Assembly (NCBI GenBank): GCA_051599415.1
Contig: AP039697.1
Coordinates: forward strand, 434,001 to 498,000
Source of the DNA: Savitreella phatthalungensis
Taxonomy: Eukaryota
Direction: 5' to 3'
Length of the DNA stretch: 64,000 nucleotides
Shown here: in pieces, positions 44,439 through 54,849 of the stretch
Layout: the number at the start of each line of letters is the position of its first letter
Position numbering within the stretch: position 1 is the stretch's first letter
Translations under genes and position numbers: made by a program
Notes under the pieces: generated by a model
Told to the model about the DNA's origin: nothing
The model's database searches: none
The model's input: only the letters and a program-made list of their open reading frames with translations

Positions 44439-45191
44439 ATGATGCGACCACGCCTCTCACTGGCACGGTCGCTCTGTACTTCCAGGATCGTTCGTAATGA
44501 GCAGCTTCTGAAAGTGCCAGTCGTCAATCCAGCAGACAAGTACAAAGAGGTTTCAGACGATATCCATGCATACGGTCAGTATGTAATCTCCGCCCTACCA
44601 AAGTTTGTCCAGCGTTTCAGCGTGTGGAAGGACGAGTTGACACTCTACTGTGCTCCAACTGCTGTTCTCCCAATCGCAGTCTTCCTCAAGGATCATACAC
44701 AGGCGCAGTTCAAGGCGTGCATGGACGTCTGCGGCGTCGACTTTCCAACGCGTGACAACCGCTTTGAAGTGGTCTACAACTTTTTGAGCGTCCGCCACAA
44801 CGCTCGCATTCGTCTCAAGACCTATGCAGGGGAGACCACACCCGTGCCGTCTATCAGCGAGATTTTCAAGGGAGCCAACTGGTACGAGCGCGAAGCGTAC
44901 GACATGTTTGGTATCTTCTTCACAGGTCACCCAGACTTGCGCCGTATTTTGACAGACTATGGCTTTGAGGGACATCCACTGCGCAAGGACTTCCCTTTGA
45001 CCGGTTACACAGAGGTCGAGTACGATAATGAAAAGCGCCGCGTCGTTCACCGGCAGCTCTCCCTGGCACAAGCTTTCCGAAACTTCGATATCAATTCCGC
45101 ATGGGAGTCGTCTGGCGAAGGAGTAGACTATACCCCAGATAGGTTCCAATTGCCAACGCCCAAGCCGGAAGATGAGACGGAGAAGAAGTAG
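44439..45191 (+). CDS. NDUFS3: NADH:ubiquinone oxidoreductase 30-kDa subunit
   Basis: ANWYEREAYDMFGIFFTGHPDLRRILTDYGFEGHPLRKDFPLTGY signature. Confidence 0.97.
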   Translation: MMRPRLSLARSLCTSRIVRNEQLLKVPVVNPADKYKEVSDDIHAYGQYVISALPKFVQRFSVWKDELTLYCAPTAVLPIAVFLKDHTQAQFKACMDVCGVDFPTRDNRFEVVYNFLSVRHNARIRLKTYAGETTPVPSISEIFKGANWYEREAYDMFGIFFTGHPDLRRILTDYGFEGHPLRKDFPLTGYTEVEYDNEKRRVVHRQLSLAQAFRNFDINSAWESSGEGVDYTPDRFQLPTPKPEDETEKK

Positions 45192-45323
45192 CTGTTCTGT
45201 AGAAAGAAACATTCATTGAACCACCTTGCATTCGATGCATTTACTTTCGGCCATCTAATCTTCTATATCACATCAAAGCAAATAAACAAAGCCGCTCGCG
45301 AGAAAGGCGCTCTACAGGACACC

Positions 45324-46103
45324 ATGGCGTCCCCGATCACACAGGTCCAGGCCGGTTCCGCCTTGGCATTTGAGACTGGAGCCTTGATACATCTCGATGT
45401 GAGAGGCACGCCCTTCGAGCTTCGCCGGGAGGAGCTCACAGCCCTGCCTGAGTCCATTCTGCTATGCCTTTTCCCTGTAGGATTGATGGCGGATGACGAC
45501 GAAGCTGTGCGCGTAGACTTCTCGCCTGATGCGCTCCGCTACGTGCTCGACTTCTTCAAGGATGCCACAGAGAACCCACCAGCAATCAGCAACGTTCCGT
45601 CGCTCGTTGGCGGCAAAGCAGCAATCATTGTATTGAAAGAGGATCTGGACTTCTACATCATACCGCCGGCCGGCACGACCGACACAGACGCTCGCGCTTT
45701 GAGACACGCGGCAGGGCGCTTCCTCGTTAGCGATAGTGGAATCTTCGGCGGCCTGCGAAAGTCCACGCAGGGCAATCAAGTCGGAGCAGCAGAACAACAC
45801 CTGATCGACATGCTTTGCGCATCAGGATTCGACAGACACGATGACTGGGCAAAGCGGTTTGTCGAGCCAAAGCGAGCGTGCGTGACATCGATCGCCCTGG
45901 CCATGTTGAAACCCACTGGGGAGCAGGACGGCGAGGCGACATCGCAAAAGTTACTTCTATTCTGGCGAAAACCCGCTCGCAAGTGCTGGTGGGACGCGTG
46001 CACGCCTGCAAGCCTTCACGATTCCCACGGCGTCGAACGGCAAGTCAAGGTTTGGGCTCGACGCGTCTGGACACTTGAGCTGAGCATCACGGGAGGCATC
46101 TAG
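45324..46103 (+). CDS. WHI2: Whi2-like BTB-fold protein
   Basis: LDVRGTPFEL...LPESILLCLFP, IIVLKEDLDFY, AEQHLIDMLC, KLLLFWRKPARKCWW and RVWTLEL motifs. Confidence 0.92.
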   Translation: MASPITQVQAGSALAFETGALIHLDVRGTPFELRREELTALPESILLCLFPVGLMADDDEAVRVDFSPDALRYVLDFFKDATENPPAISNVPSLVGGKAAIIVLKEDLDFYIIPPAGTTDTDARALRHAAGRFLVSDSGIFGGLRKSTQGNQVGAAEQHLIDMLCASGFDRHDDWAKRFVEPKRACVTSIALAMLKPTGEQDGEATSQKLLLFWRKPARKCWWDACTPASLHDSHGVERQVKVWARRVWTLELSITGGI

Positions 46104-46124
46104 AGCATACCATATTTAATGAAG

Positions 46125-46664
46125 TCATGAGTCATACAGAGCCAGGTTGACCGCGCCCACTGGCAGATCCAGCACACCATTGGTGCCTCGTGCCCAATCC
46201 TGTGGCTCGGCGATATGTGCGCTTGAGTCTGTCACCGTTCGCATGTCGTGTAGCGGAAGCGTCAATCGCTGCGTGTTGTAGCACGCAAGCGCAACATACG
46301 TATAGGCGAGGCAGACGACAAGCCAAGCGGGAATCGAGCGCGACCACCATTCGCTGGGCAGCGAGAAGGCGCGTGCGAGCTGTGAACCAAAGACGCCCCA
46401 CGCAAGGTACAGGATGAAGAGGATCGTGGAAGAGAGATATAGGGCGAAGCCATAGTACTCATACGTCGGCACGATGCTAGGTCTCAAAGATTCCACCGTC
46501 GCTGCCAGACCGGCATCACTTTCATCACTCGTCTGTTCAGGTGTTCCGCGCCTGGATGAGCCCGTTGCTGGCCTCAAGATGGATGCCAAAGCCGGCGTCT
46601 GGACTGCATTTGTGGGTCGATTGTAGTGTGGAGGAAGATGACGTCGTGGTGTAGGCGCAAGCAT
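46125..46664 (-). CDS. GPI19: GPI-GlcNAc transferase subunit PIG-P/Gpi19
   Basis: PTYEYYGFALY...YLAW, P..WWSRSIP, VTD and GVLDLPVGAVNLALY motifs. Confidence 0.88.
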   Translation of the reverse strand: MLAPTPRRHLPPHYNRPTNAVQTPALASILRPATGSSRRGTPEQTSDESDAGLAATVESLRPSIVPTYEYYGFALYLSSTILFILYLAWGVFGSQLARAFSLPSEWWSRSIPAWLVVCLAYTYVALACYNTQRLTLPLHDMRTVTDSSAHIAEPQDWARGTNGVLDLPVGAVNLALYDS

Positions 46665-46714
46665 ATGTTTGTGATAAGTACAGGATTTGTTCAAATGACT
46701 CCATAGCCAGGTCA

Positions 46715-47314
46715 ATGGACGAATGGGTGGGTAGGGATGGAACGCTGCAAGGATCAGGCAAACGCAAACGGGCGGAGCGCCTTCACGGCGCCTTTACTGG
46801 CGGCTTCAGTGCTGGCTTTCACAACACTGTGGGATCCAAAGCTGGTTTCCAGCCCGCAACCTTTGTTTCGCGCAGAGGTAGACGCGAGCGCTTGAGCAAC
46901 ACTGCCCTAAGGTATATGGATCAGGAAGATAAGGATGACATCCTTGATCCGCGAAGAGAGGAGCTAGACGTGAAACACGATTCTCGTCGTGCCGGCGGAG
47001 AGAGAGCAGTGGAAGCATTCAAAGACGACGAGGATGGAGAAGACCCGCTGGTGTTTAAGAAGACGATCTTGAAGCACACGTTCAAAGCACGAACGGCTGA
47101 AGATACTCCCCAGCTTGTCGCATATCCTCAGTTCGTCTCGGCGGGACACACAAGCACGACAGCAGAGAGTCCAATGGAAAAAGCAGCTCGGCAAGGTAAG
47201 TACGGCCACGCTACGAGGACGACAGAAGCCTGGCTCCCATCACGTCTACTCTACAAACGTTGGGTTCAGCCGGAAGCCACAGCAGTCCATGGTAAGCGAG
47301 AAAGCACCCGATGA
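46715..47314 (+). CDS. Short GPATCH1-like protein (DUF1604 N-terminal domain)
   Basis: RLHGAFTGGFSAGFHNTVGSKAGFQPATFVSRR and YMDQED; C-terminal TRTTEAWLPSRLLYKRW. Confidence 0.8.
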   Translation: MDEWVGRDGTLQGSGKRKRAERLHGAFTGGFSAGFHNTVGSKAGFQPATFVSRRGRRERLSNTALRYMDQEDKDDILDPRREELDVKHDSRRAGGERAVEAFKDDEDGEDPLVFKKTILKHTFKARTAEDTPQLVAYPQFVSAGHTSTTAESPMEKAARQGKYGHATRTTEAWLPSRLLYKRWVQPEATAVHGKRESTR

Positions 47315-49833
47315 GCGCGGTCAACGGCAGCTACGTGCCGTGGCAAATACTCGCCGTTTTCAAGCTCGCCAAAGAGGGCGGAGAGATCTCTCCAAGATTG
47401 GATGAGGTCGTCGACGTCGTTGCAAAGCTTGAGAGCATGCCAGAGGACAGTCCTTGGCTGCAGGCTTCTGTCGAATGAAACGAGATATGCGGAAGCACTG
47501 GACGGTGGTCCATCGGCACATGGTTGGTATCGTGACAATTTCAGAGCTAGGAAAGGCGGCGACAGTGGCTTAGTCATCCTCAGTCGTACGTCCTCCTCCC
47601 GCAGCTCTTTCTGCAGTTGTAGACCTGGCTCAAGGTTCACCGTCGTCACCGACAGGATGCACTTGACACCGCTCTTGTCGAGTTTGACCATTTGCTGCCA
47701 AGCTTCGAGCTCGTCCTCAGTCATGCTTCCGACCTTGCAAACGACCACATGCCAGACGACAGGATAGACTGAACAGAGCCGCATCGTTGTACGCCACATA
47801 TCGACGAGCGTCGCGGCCATCGAGCGGCCCCGCTGCGAGGCGAATTCACGATGACAGAATACTCTAGCAGCCCCGTCCTGCCACGCCGAGGTAACCCAAT
47901 CGGAATCTGAGCGGTACGCCAGATGCATTTTGGTGTGCTCATCGGGCAACGACGGCAACTCTTCTGCGGTAACGACGAAGGATCCCACTTCAGCCATGAC
48001 TGGAGGACAAAGTCGCACGGACAGTGCAGACAGACATGTAGGGTCGATCGATGCGTCCACAGATACCGTGCGATCATATATACGCCTAGCGAGGCGAAGT
48101 AAATCCACTGAAGACATGACCACAAGCTTGCCTGGATCCGCAATAGATGCAGCGTGAACGATCGACAAGGCGATATGATGTACATTACCTCGACGCTGCA
48201 GGGTCGAGCGAACTTGCCGTACGACATCCAAAAGTCTGGTGAAGCGTGGATCGCCCTCATCAAAAACATTGACGACGAGAACGAGGACGCTGCACAGTTG
48301 GCGCTCGGTGCGTCGTAGTATGGCCGCGGAAAGGCGCGGCATTTCTGAGGACAGTTCTGGAGGATACGCTACCATTCCGTTATCGGTAGCGTCCCACGTG
48401 AGAGAGCCAAAGGAGCTGTACGATCCTGCCAGGTCATCAAGCAAGCGCAGCGTCGCCGTCCGCATGAGCTCCCCATCAGGATATAGAGCTACAGTTGTGA
48501 TGTCTTTCTTCGTTGGCGGCTGCAGACCGAGCTCCTCCCAGTAACTCAACGCCGCGAGATCGATGTCCTGCTCGCCGTCCTGTGTCCTGACCGTCACTTG
48601 CCGCGAACTCCAACCCTCCGCCTTTCTGGGCTTGCTGCGGCGGTCTTCGTATAATGCATTGAAATCGTCGATTCCCATTGGTGTTGAACGGAGTCCTAGA
48701 AGTGCTTCAAGCGACGATACCAAGGAAGCTTCAGTGTAACGACTCGAGCATCGGCTAGAACTGAAGGCAAGCTCCTCTGCAAGCATGTTGGCGTTCTGAT
48801 GCAGAGACTGTAAATCATACGCCATGCTCAAAGATGAGGTCGGTCGCGCGACCGTTTCGCCTGGCAGCAACACATTAGCGACTGTGAAGGATGGTGGCTG
48901 CTCCAACGTCAATTCAGGCTCCGGGCTGCTCTCGCTTGAAGATATTTCATCGACAAAGAATTTGCCTCCTGGGGCGTATGGATCAGCCGCTGGAGACGTT
49001 TCTGGGGAATTGTAGCCGAGGATCTCTTCAGCGCTTTTCTCGTCAAAGAAGGTGAAGTCTCCGTCCGCAATTTTGGACGATCTGGAACTGCTTGGTGAGG
49101 CAAAGTTGAACTCCGACGGCCCAGCGACATCTGCCATGATGTCCGGGTCGGCAGCATGGTCCTCAAGTGGGATCGGGTCGGGCGCGTAGAACCATTGATC
49201 CGGCGATTCGCCGTGTAGTACTTCGACGAAGACCAGAGTCTCTGGCCAGACGAGCAACTCACCTGTATCCAGTAGTCTCAGCAGAAGGAACGTGTCATCG
49301 TTCACGAGCAACTGATCGCACAAAGTCTGCTGGTATGCCTTTGGCGCTTCGTACTGACGAATAACTTGAGCTTTCCGGCCGCTTGGACTTATCAGAACTA
49401 TCCCTTCTCCTTGTTGTACGAATGTCCGCTCACTTCTCGACGTATGAAATAGAAGGTCGCCAGCTACAGTCACTTGCAGTTCGAGCTGGAGTGTCTGAGC
49501 GTCTTTCAGGACGTAGTTGCCCAATAATGGCCAGCCGCGCTGCTGGGAATCCCGCTGCACAGCGCCAACAAGAGCCCTCCTCAGCATATGCCATCTCTTG
49601 GTGACCGAGGGGTCATCTGTGAAGGCGATGTCGCCGAGATTGAGCGTGAAGTCTTCGGGGCGATCGTCTGCTTCAGTCCTACCATGAATGCCAAAGGTCC
49701 AAACTTGTCCATCTGCACACGTAGCTAGAACATTGCGATCACGCAGTCTCAATACATCTTCTTCGGCCGTCTCAGAGGCTCTGAGCGACCCCTCGACGAT
49801 AAACCTGGCGAACCGGCTCGCCGAGGTACGCAT
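47266..49833 (-). CDS. MED13: Mediator kinase-module subunit Med13 (Ssn2/Srb9)
   Basis: ALSYWEELGLQP..KKDI, HLAY...WVTSAWQDG, WHVVVCKVGSM...E...W and LPRHV motifs. First in-frame ATG at 49833, with TATATAAA about 50 bp upstream. Confidence 0.85.
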   Translation of the reverse strand: MRTSASRFARFIVEGSLRASETAEEDVLRLRDRNVLATCADGQVWTFGIHGRTEADDRPEDFTLNLGDIAFTDDPSVTKRWHMLRRALVGAVQRDSQQRGWPLLGNYVLKDAQTLQLELQVTVAGDLLFHTSRSERTFVQQGEGIVLISPSGRKAQVIRQYEAPKAYQQTLCDQLLVNDDTFLLLRLLDTGELLVWPETLVFVEVLHGESPDQWFYAPDPIPLEDHAADPDIMADVAGPSEFNFASPSSSRSSKIADGDFTFFDEKSAEEILGYNSPETSPAADPYAPGGKFFVDEISSSESSPEPELTLEQPPSFTVANVLLPGETVARPTSSLSMAYDLQSLHQNANMLAEELAFSSSRCSSRYTEASLVSSLEALLGLRSTPMGIDDFNALYEDRRSKPRKAEGWSSRQVTVRTQDGEQDIDLAALSYWEELGLQPPTKKDITTVALYPDGELMRTATLRLLDDLAGSYSSFGSLTWDATDNGMVAYPPELSSEMPRLSAAILRRTERQLCSVLVLVVNVFDEGDPRFTRLLDVVRQVRSTLQRRGNVHHIALSIVHAASIADPGKLVVMSSVDLLRLARRIYDRTVSVDASIDPTCLSALSVRLCPPVMAEVGSFVVTAEELPSLPDEHTKMHLAYRSDSDWVTSAWQDGAARVFCHREFASQRGRSMAATLVDMWRTTMRLCSVYPVVWHVVVCKVGSMTEDELEAWQQMVKLDKSGVKCILSVTTVNLEPGLQLQKELREEDVRLRMTKPLSPPFLALKLSRYQPCADGPPSSASAYLVSFDRSLQPRTVLWHALKLCNDVDDLIQSWRDLSALFGELENGEYLPRHVAAVDRAHRVLSRLPWTAVASG

Positions 49834-49964
49834 CGCCCGTGCATCTAACGCGCACGGTTCGGTGGAGCCGGTTGGCACAGTTTTATATATCGCATCTTGA
49901 CATGACGAGAATGAAAGGATAGAAGCAGACACACGACACGAAACAGTACAACCACCTCGGTGAC

Positions 49965-51122
49965 ATGACCGATGAATATCTCTCCGAGGAGGAGGATCTC
50001 GAATGCCCGCTGTGCATGGAGGAATTTGACATCAGCGATCGTACATTCAAGCCATGTCCTTGCGGCTACCAGATTTGTCGCTTTTGCTACAACCGCATTG
50101 TCAACTCGGACACGGCTGCAAATGGCTGTCCAGCGTGCAGACGACCGTACTCAGAAGCTACCGTTGAGTTCAAGCCCTTGAGTGCAGAAGAATGGAAGCG
50201 TGACCAGCAGCGCATTCAGACGCGTAAGAATAAAGAGAAGGAGAGACGAGAACTCGAAGCTGCTAGTCGCCGACACCTGAGCAACATGCGCGTCGTTCAG
50301 AAGAATCTGGTCTACGTCATTGGTTTCTCGCCAAAGAGCGCCGACGCGGACCTGGCTGCGACTCTGAGAGGGAACGACTATTTTGGCCAATATGGCAAGA
50401 TCAACAAAATCGTCGTCAACAAGAAGACCCACCCGAATGGTCAACCCACTGTCGGAGTTTACATCACATACGCGCGAAAGGAGGATGCAGCTCGTGCGAT
50501 CGCAGCCGTCGATGGCTCCGTGAACGACGGTCGCGTTTTGCGGGCATCATACGGCACGACAAAATATTGCTCTGCTTATCTACGTCAGCAGACTTGTCAA
50601 AATCCCAGTTGCATGTATCTACATGAGCCGGGCGAAGACGTTGACTCGTACACCCGCGAGGATATGTCGACGATTCAGCATGCTGCAAAATCTGCAGAAG
50701 GTGTCAACGCGAATGCCCTGGGCATGCGTCGGCAGATATCTACGACCTCGGAAGAGCAGCCTGGTCTGCCGCAGCATGCTTCCTGGGCATCGAGGCCGTC
50801 TCAACTAGCAATGTCTGTCCAGACAACATCAGAAGTCGAGCCGAAACCTCCGCAGCCTGTCAAGGAGACTGTGGCAAGACCTCCTATGCCAGCAGTCTAC
50901 TCCGACCCTATTCTCGGCAAGTTGTTCCGCAAGCTCACAGAGGGGCGATATTCCTGGAAGATCGAGGGCGAAGAATTTCCTGCATTGTTCTCATGGTCAC
51001 CCGAGGCGGCGCGCAAGAAGCATACGCGCGCGAATTCTAGATACGCGTTTGCTGAGGCACGCACGACACCACCTCCGCCGGGGCTTGCAAGCGGCATCCA
51101 ACCACCGGGATTCTCCGCATGA
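49965..51122 (+). CDS. NOT4: CCR4-NOT E3 ubiquitin ligase Not4 (RING, RRM, CCCH), 385 aa to the first stop
   Basis: CPLCMEEFDISD..FKPCPCGYQICRFC RING; RVVQKNLVYVIG; YFGQYGKI; GTTKYCSAYLR...C...CMYLHEPG. Confidence 0.96.
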   Translation: MTDEYLSEEEDLECPLCMEEFDISDRTFKPCPCGYQICRFCYNRIVNSDTAANGCPACRRPYSEATVEFKPLSAEEWKRDQQRIQTRKNKEKERRELEAASRRHLSNMRVVQKNLVYVIGFSPKSADADLAATLRGNDYFGQYGKINKIVVNKKTHPNGQPTVGVYITYARKEDAARAIAAVDGSVNDGRVLRASYGTTKYCSAYLRQQTCQNPSCMYLHEPGEDVDSYTREDMSTIQHAAKSAEGVNANALGMRRQISTTSEEQPGLPQHASWASRPSQLAMSVQTTSEVEPKPPQPVKETVARPPMPAVYSDPILGKLFRKLTEGRYSWKIEGEEFPALFSWSPEAARKKHTRANSRYAFAEARTTPPPPGLASGIQPPGFSA

Positions 51123-51584
51123 CAACCAGCTGGATCTCAGGCCGTCTCTTCTCCGGCGCCTTCACGTAATACTACCGTTGTCACGCATCACATGGCCAAA
51201 TGGGAACCATCATCGACGCCACCGATAGAAGAGCCCAAGACGATGGCTTCACCACTGAAGAAGGAGAAGGAAAAGAAGACGCCCTGGGAGCCTCAGCCGA
51301 AAACTCCAAAGATCAGAGGAAAGGACATCTTGCTTGCTCTTGCCAAGGACATGGACCTTTCCCGCTTCAGCTTCTTCCAGCAACCAATTTCAAAGTGGAC
51401 ATTCTCAGAAGAAGAGTTACAAGCTGGCGAGAGCCGGTTCAAGGTGCAAGAATCGATGATCACTCCGATGAGTGACGATGAGCTCGAACGGACGCTCAAG
51501 GAAGCACAAGCCTCGTTGGATTCTGTGACGGGTAAATTCCTACGGACACAGAGAAAGAATGTAGCTTTAGCTGGCCTACGATAG
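51123..51584 (+). other. In-frame open extension directly after the NOT4 stop (candidate readthrough segment; alternatively a 130-aa gene from ATG 51192)
   Basis: Same frame as NOT4, with no stop between TGA 51120-51122 and TAG 51582-51584. Ends in a coiled-coil-like helix. Confidence 0.7.
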
Positions 51585-52289
51585 GCATTGCGAAAGTAGG
51601 ATGTCTCTGTAGACCAGTCCCTCATGAATGCCCGTTTCCTGTGTACCATTATGCGGATCGTGCTCTGGCTCGCTCCCCTTTTTGAGGATACCAAAGTGAT
51701 ACTGACCGCCACCGGTGAGATCATTCGCGTAGGATACCCGGGGCTCGTCGTTGTACGATACACGAAGGACATTGAGATCAAAATCGAGTTCAATTGCCCA
51801 CTTGTGCCATCCGGCCGTAAAGTCGACAGTCTTGAGCAAAGGTCCACCCTTTGACAGGTTACCGTAGAGCTCAAGGCTGCCTTTGTTGACCTTGAGAACG
51901 AATTGATTAGTGGAATAGTCAGCCGTCTCGAGCCAGACAAGCTGGTACTCGTGCCTCTGGCTATCGAGATCCTTTGAAAGATCTCGCTGAATCTCAAATC
52001 CCATATAGACAGTGCCATTTACAGGGTTCATCTTCGGAAGAAGTTCAGCACGACGGAAGCCCGTCTGGACGTTGCCAGGAGAGGGCGAGAAGATCGACCT
52101 ATCATCAATCTCGATCTCGATCATCCGGTCAGACAACTGGCGCGATGCATCGGACCAGGTCAAGCCTTGACCAAGAACAAACTTTGGGTCAAAAAAATCT
52201 AGCGATGTTCCATTGACAGGGAAAGAGCATGTGGAACGCTTGCAGGGACTGGCCAGAGCCGCTGAGACAAGGAAGAAGAGAGTGAACAT
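51576..52289 (-). CDS. Secreted GH131 beta-glucanase
   Basis: Signal peptide; IDDRSIF, QTGFRRAEL, HEYQLVWLE and QYHFGILK motifs. Confidence 0.85.
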   Translation of the reverse strand: MFTLFFLVSAALASPCKRSTCSFPVNGTSLDFFDPKFVLGQGLTWSDASRQLSDRMIEIEIDDRSIFSPSPGNVQTGFRRAELLPKMNPVNGTVYMGFEIQRDLSKDLDSQRHEYQLVWLETADYSTNQFVLKVNKGSLELYGNLSKGGPLLKTVDFTAGWHKWAIELDFDLNVLRVSYNDEPRVSYANDLTGGGQYHFGILKKGSEPEHDPHNGTQETGIHEGLVYRDILLSQCLS

Positions 52290-53345
52290 TGAGTTGGTCG
52301 TACATGATGGTGAACAGCCACTTTCGGACTACTTATACATTGCGGAAAAGCTTTCGAGACGTGTATCGAATAGATAGGATATCTTGCAAACCGTGCATCA
52401 TTGAAGAACGTAACTTGTTCTTCGGTAAGCTTGAGTGGATCAAACAGCCTGTTTTCACATATTGATAAGTTGCCTACAGATGATATCTTCTAAGGATCAA
52501 GTCATGTGTAAGGCGTTCAGGTGATCGAAGGTGGCTAGTTTATCCACGCGTCATACCACACATATCCAGGTATGTATCTAAATTACCTGTAACGTAAACT
52601 CCGAGATCGATCATAATTCAAAATTAATTGATTCTAACTTCCCATCCGCCGTGGGTTATCTTAATACGTACAATGTAAAATATTCGAATGATATAGCTGA
52701 AAGTCCATCTGGGACTGACAGGCCGTCTGAGACTGATGGACACTCCAGCAATCGTTGCACACGTCCTATAAGCTGCATACAAATAATCTATCTGGAACCG
52801 AGACTAGACGAGGTCAGTCAAGTGCATTGATCGACCCAGTCGGTTAAGTGAGTGAGTGAGCGAATGAGCCAGAAAGTAGACCTCTGCCAGAGAAAAGGCA
52901 AGACCAACGGCCTGTTACTCATCATTGACTCGATCAAATACAATCAATATCATACATATGTGAGGAATACAAGCGAGCGTAGCCGAGATCAGAATCAGAT
53001 GGGGGTAAAGTATGGATTCATTGGATTGGATATACAAATAGCAAGATGTCGATTTTTGATATCTGATACGGCGGGATCGTAATGCAATGGCTGAATATAT
53101 CAGCACCTTTCTCAGATACGCAGTATTTCAACCTTCCTCTCAGGCCGATTTGATTGGCTCAACTCCACAACTGACCTAAACGGTCTGAGTGAGTCCGTTC
53201 ATTCACCAGCCTGGTCGCCAGATCTACATGGTGACAGAGTCCAGGCAGGAAGAGCGAGCATACGCAACCGTTGCGTCGACCATAACCTACCTCACAAGAC
53301 ATCGATTGAAGTTTCTACACTTCTTGAGCTACACATCCTACACAG

Positions 53346-54809
53346 ATGCTCATCAAATCACTCGTCTTTGTCAGCGCTGCGCTGGCCGCAGCTACCCAGC
53401 AAACTTTCCATAAATCAACTAAATCTCCAAAGATCAAGGTCGAGCACTCAGACTTCTCAATTGCGAGCGATGAATCGTTCCCAGCATACGCGCTCCGTCA
53501 CAAGTCCCCAGGAGATCTCGGTCTTGACAAAGTCAAGCAGCAGGTCGGTTATCTCGACACCGACAAGGACAAGCACTTCTTCTACTGGTTCTTCGAGTCA
53601 CGTAATGACCCTAAGAAGGATCCTGTCGTGCTCTGGCTGAACGGTGGACCTGGATGCTCATCCCTCACCGGACTCTTCTTTGAACTCGGACCGTCTAGTG
53701 TCAACGAGGATGGCGAGACTCTCACTTACAACCCGCATGCTTGGAACCAGAATGCAAGCGTCATTTTCCTAGATCAGCCTATGAACGTCGGCTATTCGTA
53801 CGGCAGTGGTGTTTCCGACACCGTCGCTGCAGGCAAGGATGTCTACGCATTCCTGAGCCTGTTCTTCAAGACGTTCCCGGAATATTCAGACCTTGACTTC
53901 CACATTGCAGGAGAGTCATATGCTGGACACTACATCCCGCAATTCGCCAAGGAGGTAGTCGAGCACCAGTCCGGAAAATCGACCGAGTTCTTTGTCAACG
54001 CTGCACCCAAGCAGAAGATCAACCTGAAGACCGTGCTGATCGGCAACGGCCTCATCGACCCTCTCGTGCAATATCCGCAGTATCGACCGATGGCCTGCGG
54101 CGAGGGCGGCTACGAGGCGGTCCTTTCACCTTCCGAGTGCTCAAGCATGGAATCCGCTGAATCCCGTTGCTCCGCTCTGATTCAGTCTTGCTATTCATCT
54201 GGTTCTCGCTGGTCGTGTGTGCCAGCGGCTCTTTACTGCAACTCGCAACTGATCGGTCCTTACCAGCGCACAGGTCGCAACGTTTACGACATTCGCGGCG
54301 ACTGTGAGGGTGGTAATTTGTGCTACCCGCAGCTCGACTGGATCCAGAAGTACCTCAACCGCCCAGAAGTCATGAAGGCTGTTGGCGCAGAGGTCGACCA
54401 GTATGCATCGTGTAATATGGACATCAACAAGAACTTCCTGTTCGCTGGTGACTGGATGCGTCCATACTACACGGGTGTCCAGACCATCCTCGAGGCCGGC
54501 ATTCAGGTCTTGGTGTACGCTGGAGACACGGATTTCATTTGCAACTGGCTTGGCTCAAAGGCTTTCATTGAGTCTGTAGAGTATGCCGATCACGAGGGAA
54601 TGACCGCTGACAAGCCGTTGAAGAAGTGGAAGATGTCTCAGAGCATCGGCAACCTGAAGAAGGGCACGACAGTCGGAGAGACAAAGAACTCTGGCAACTT
54701 GACCTTCCTACGAGTGTACGAGGCAGGCCACATGGTGCCTTACGACCAACCCGAATCAGCCCTCGAGATGCTCAACAGGTGGATCTCTGGTCACGTCGCA
54801 TTCGCTTAA
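53346..54809 (+). CDS. PRC1: Carboxypeptidase Y (S10 serine carboxypeptidase)
   Basis: [37 protein letters not shown] and [10 protein letters not shown] motifs. Confidence 0.96.
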   Translation: MLIKSLVFVSAALAAATQQTFHKSTKSPKIKVEHSDFSIASDESFPAYALRHKSPGDLGLDKVKQQVGYLDTDKDKHFFYWFFESRNDPKKDPVVLWLNGGPGCSSLTGLFFELGPSSVNEDGETLTYNPHAWNQNASVIFLDQPMNVGYSYGSGVSDTVAAGKDVYAFLSLFFKTFPEYSDLDFHIAGESYAGHYIPQFAKEVVEHQSGKSTEFFVNAAPKQKINLKTVLIGNGLIDPLVQYPQYRPMACGEGGYEAVLSPSECSSMESAESRCSALIQSCYSSGSRWSCVPAALYCNSQLIGPYQRTGRNVYDIRGDCEGGNLCYPQLDWIQKYLNRPEVMKAVGAEVDQYASCNMDINKNFLFAGDWMRPYYTGVQTILEAGIQVLVYAGDTDFICNWLGSKAFIESVEYADHEGMTADKPLKKWKMSQSIGNLKKGTTVGETKNSGNLTFLRVYEAGHMVPYDQPESALEMLNRWISGHVAFA

Positions 54810-54849
54810 GCTTATGTAGGGGCTTCTCTTTACTATACCTTTCTTCCCA

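Noticed and set aside
49834..49932. GTG-started N-terminal extension of MED13 in the ORF track
   Set aside because: It contains a TATA-like element, and ATG 49833 is a more plausible eukaryotic start.
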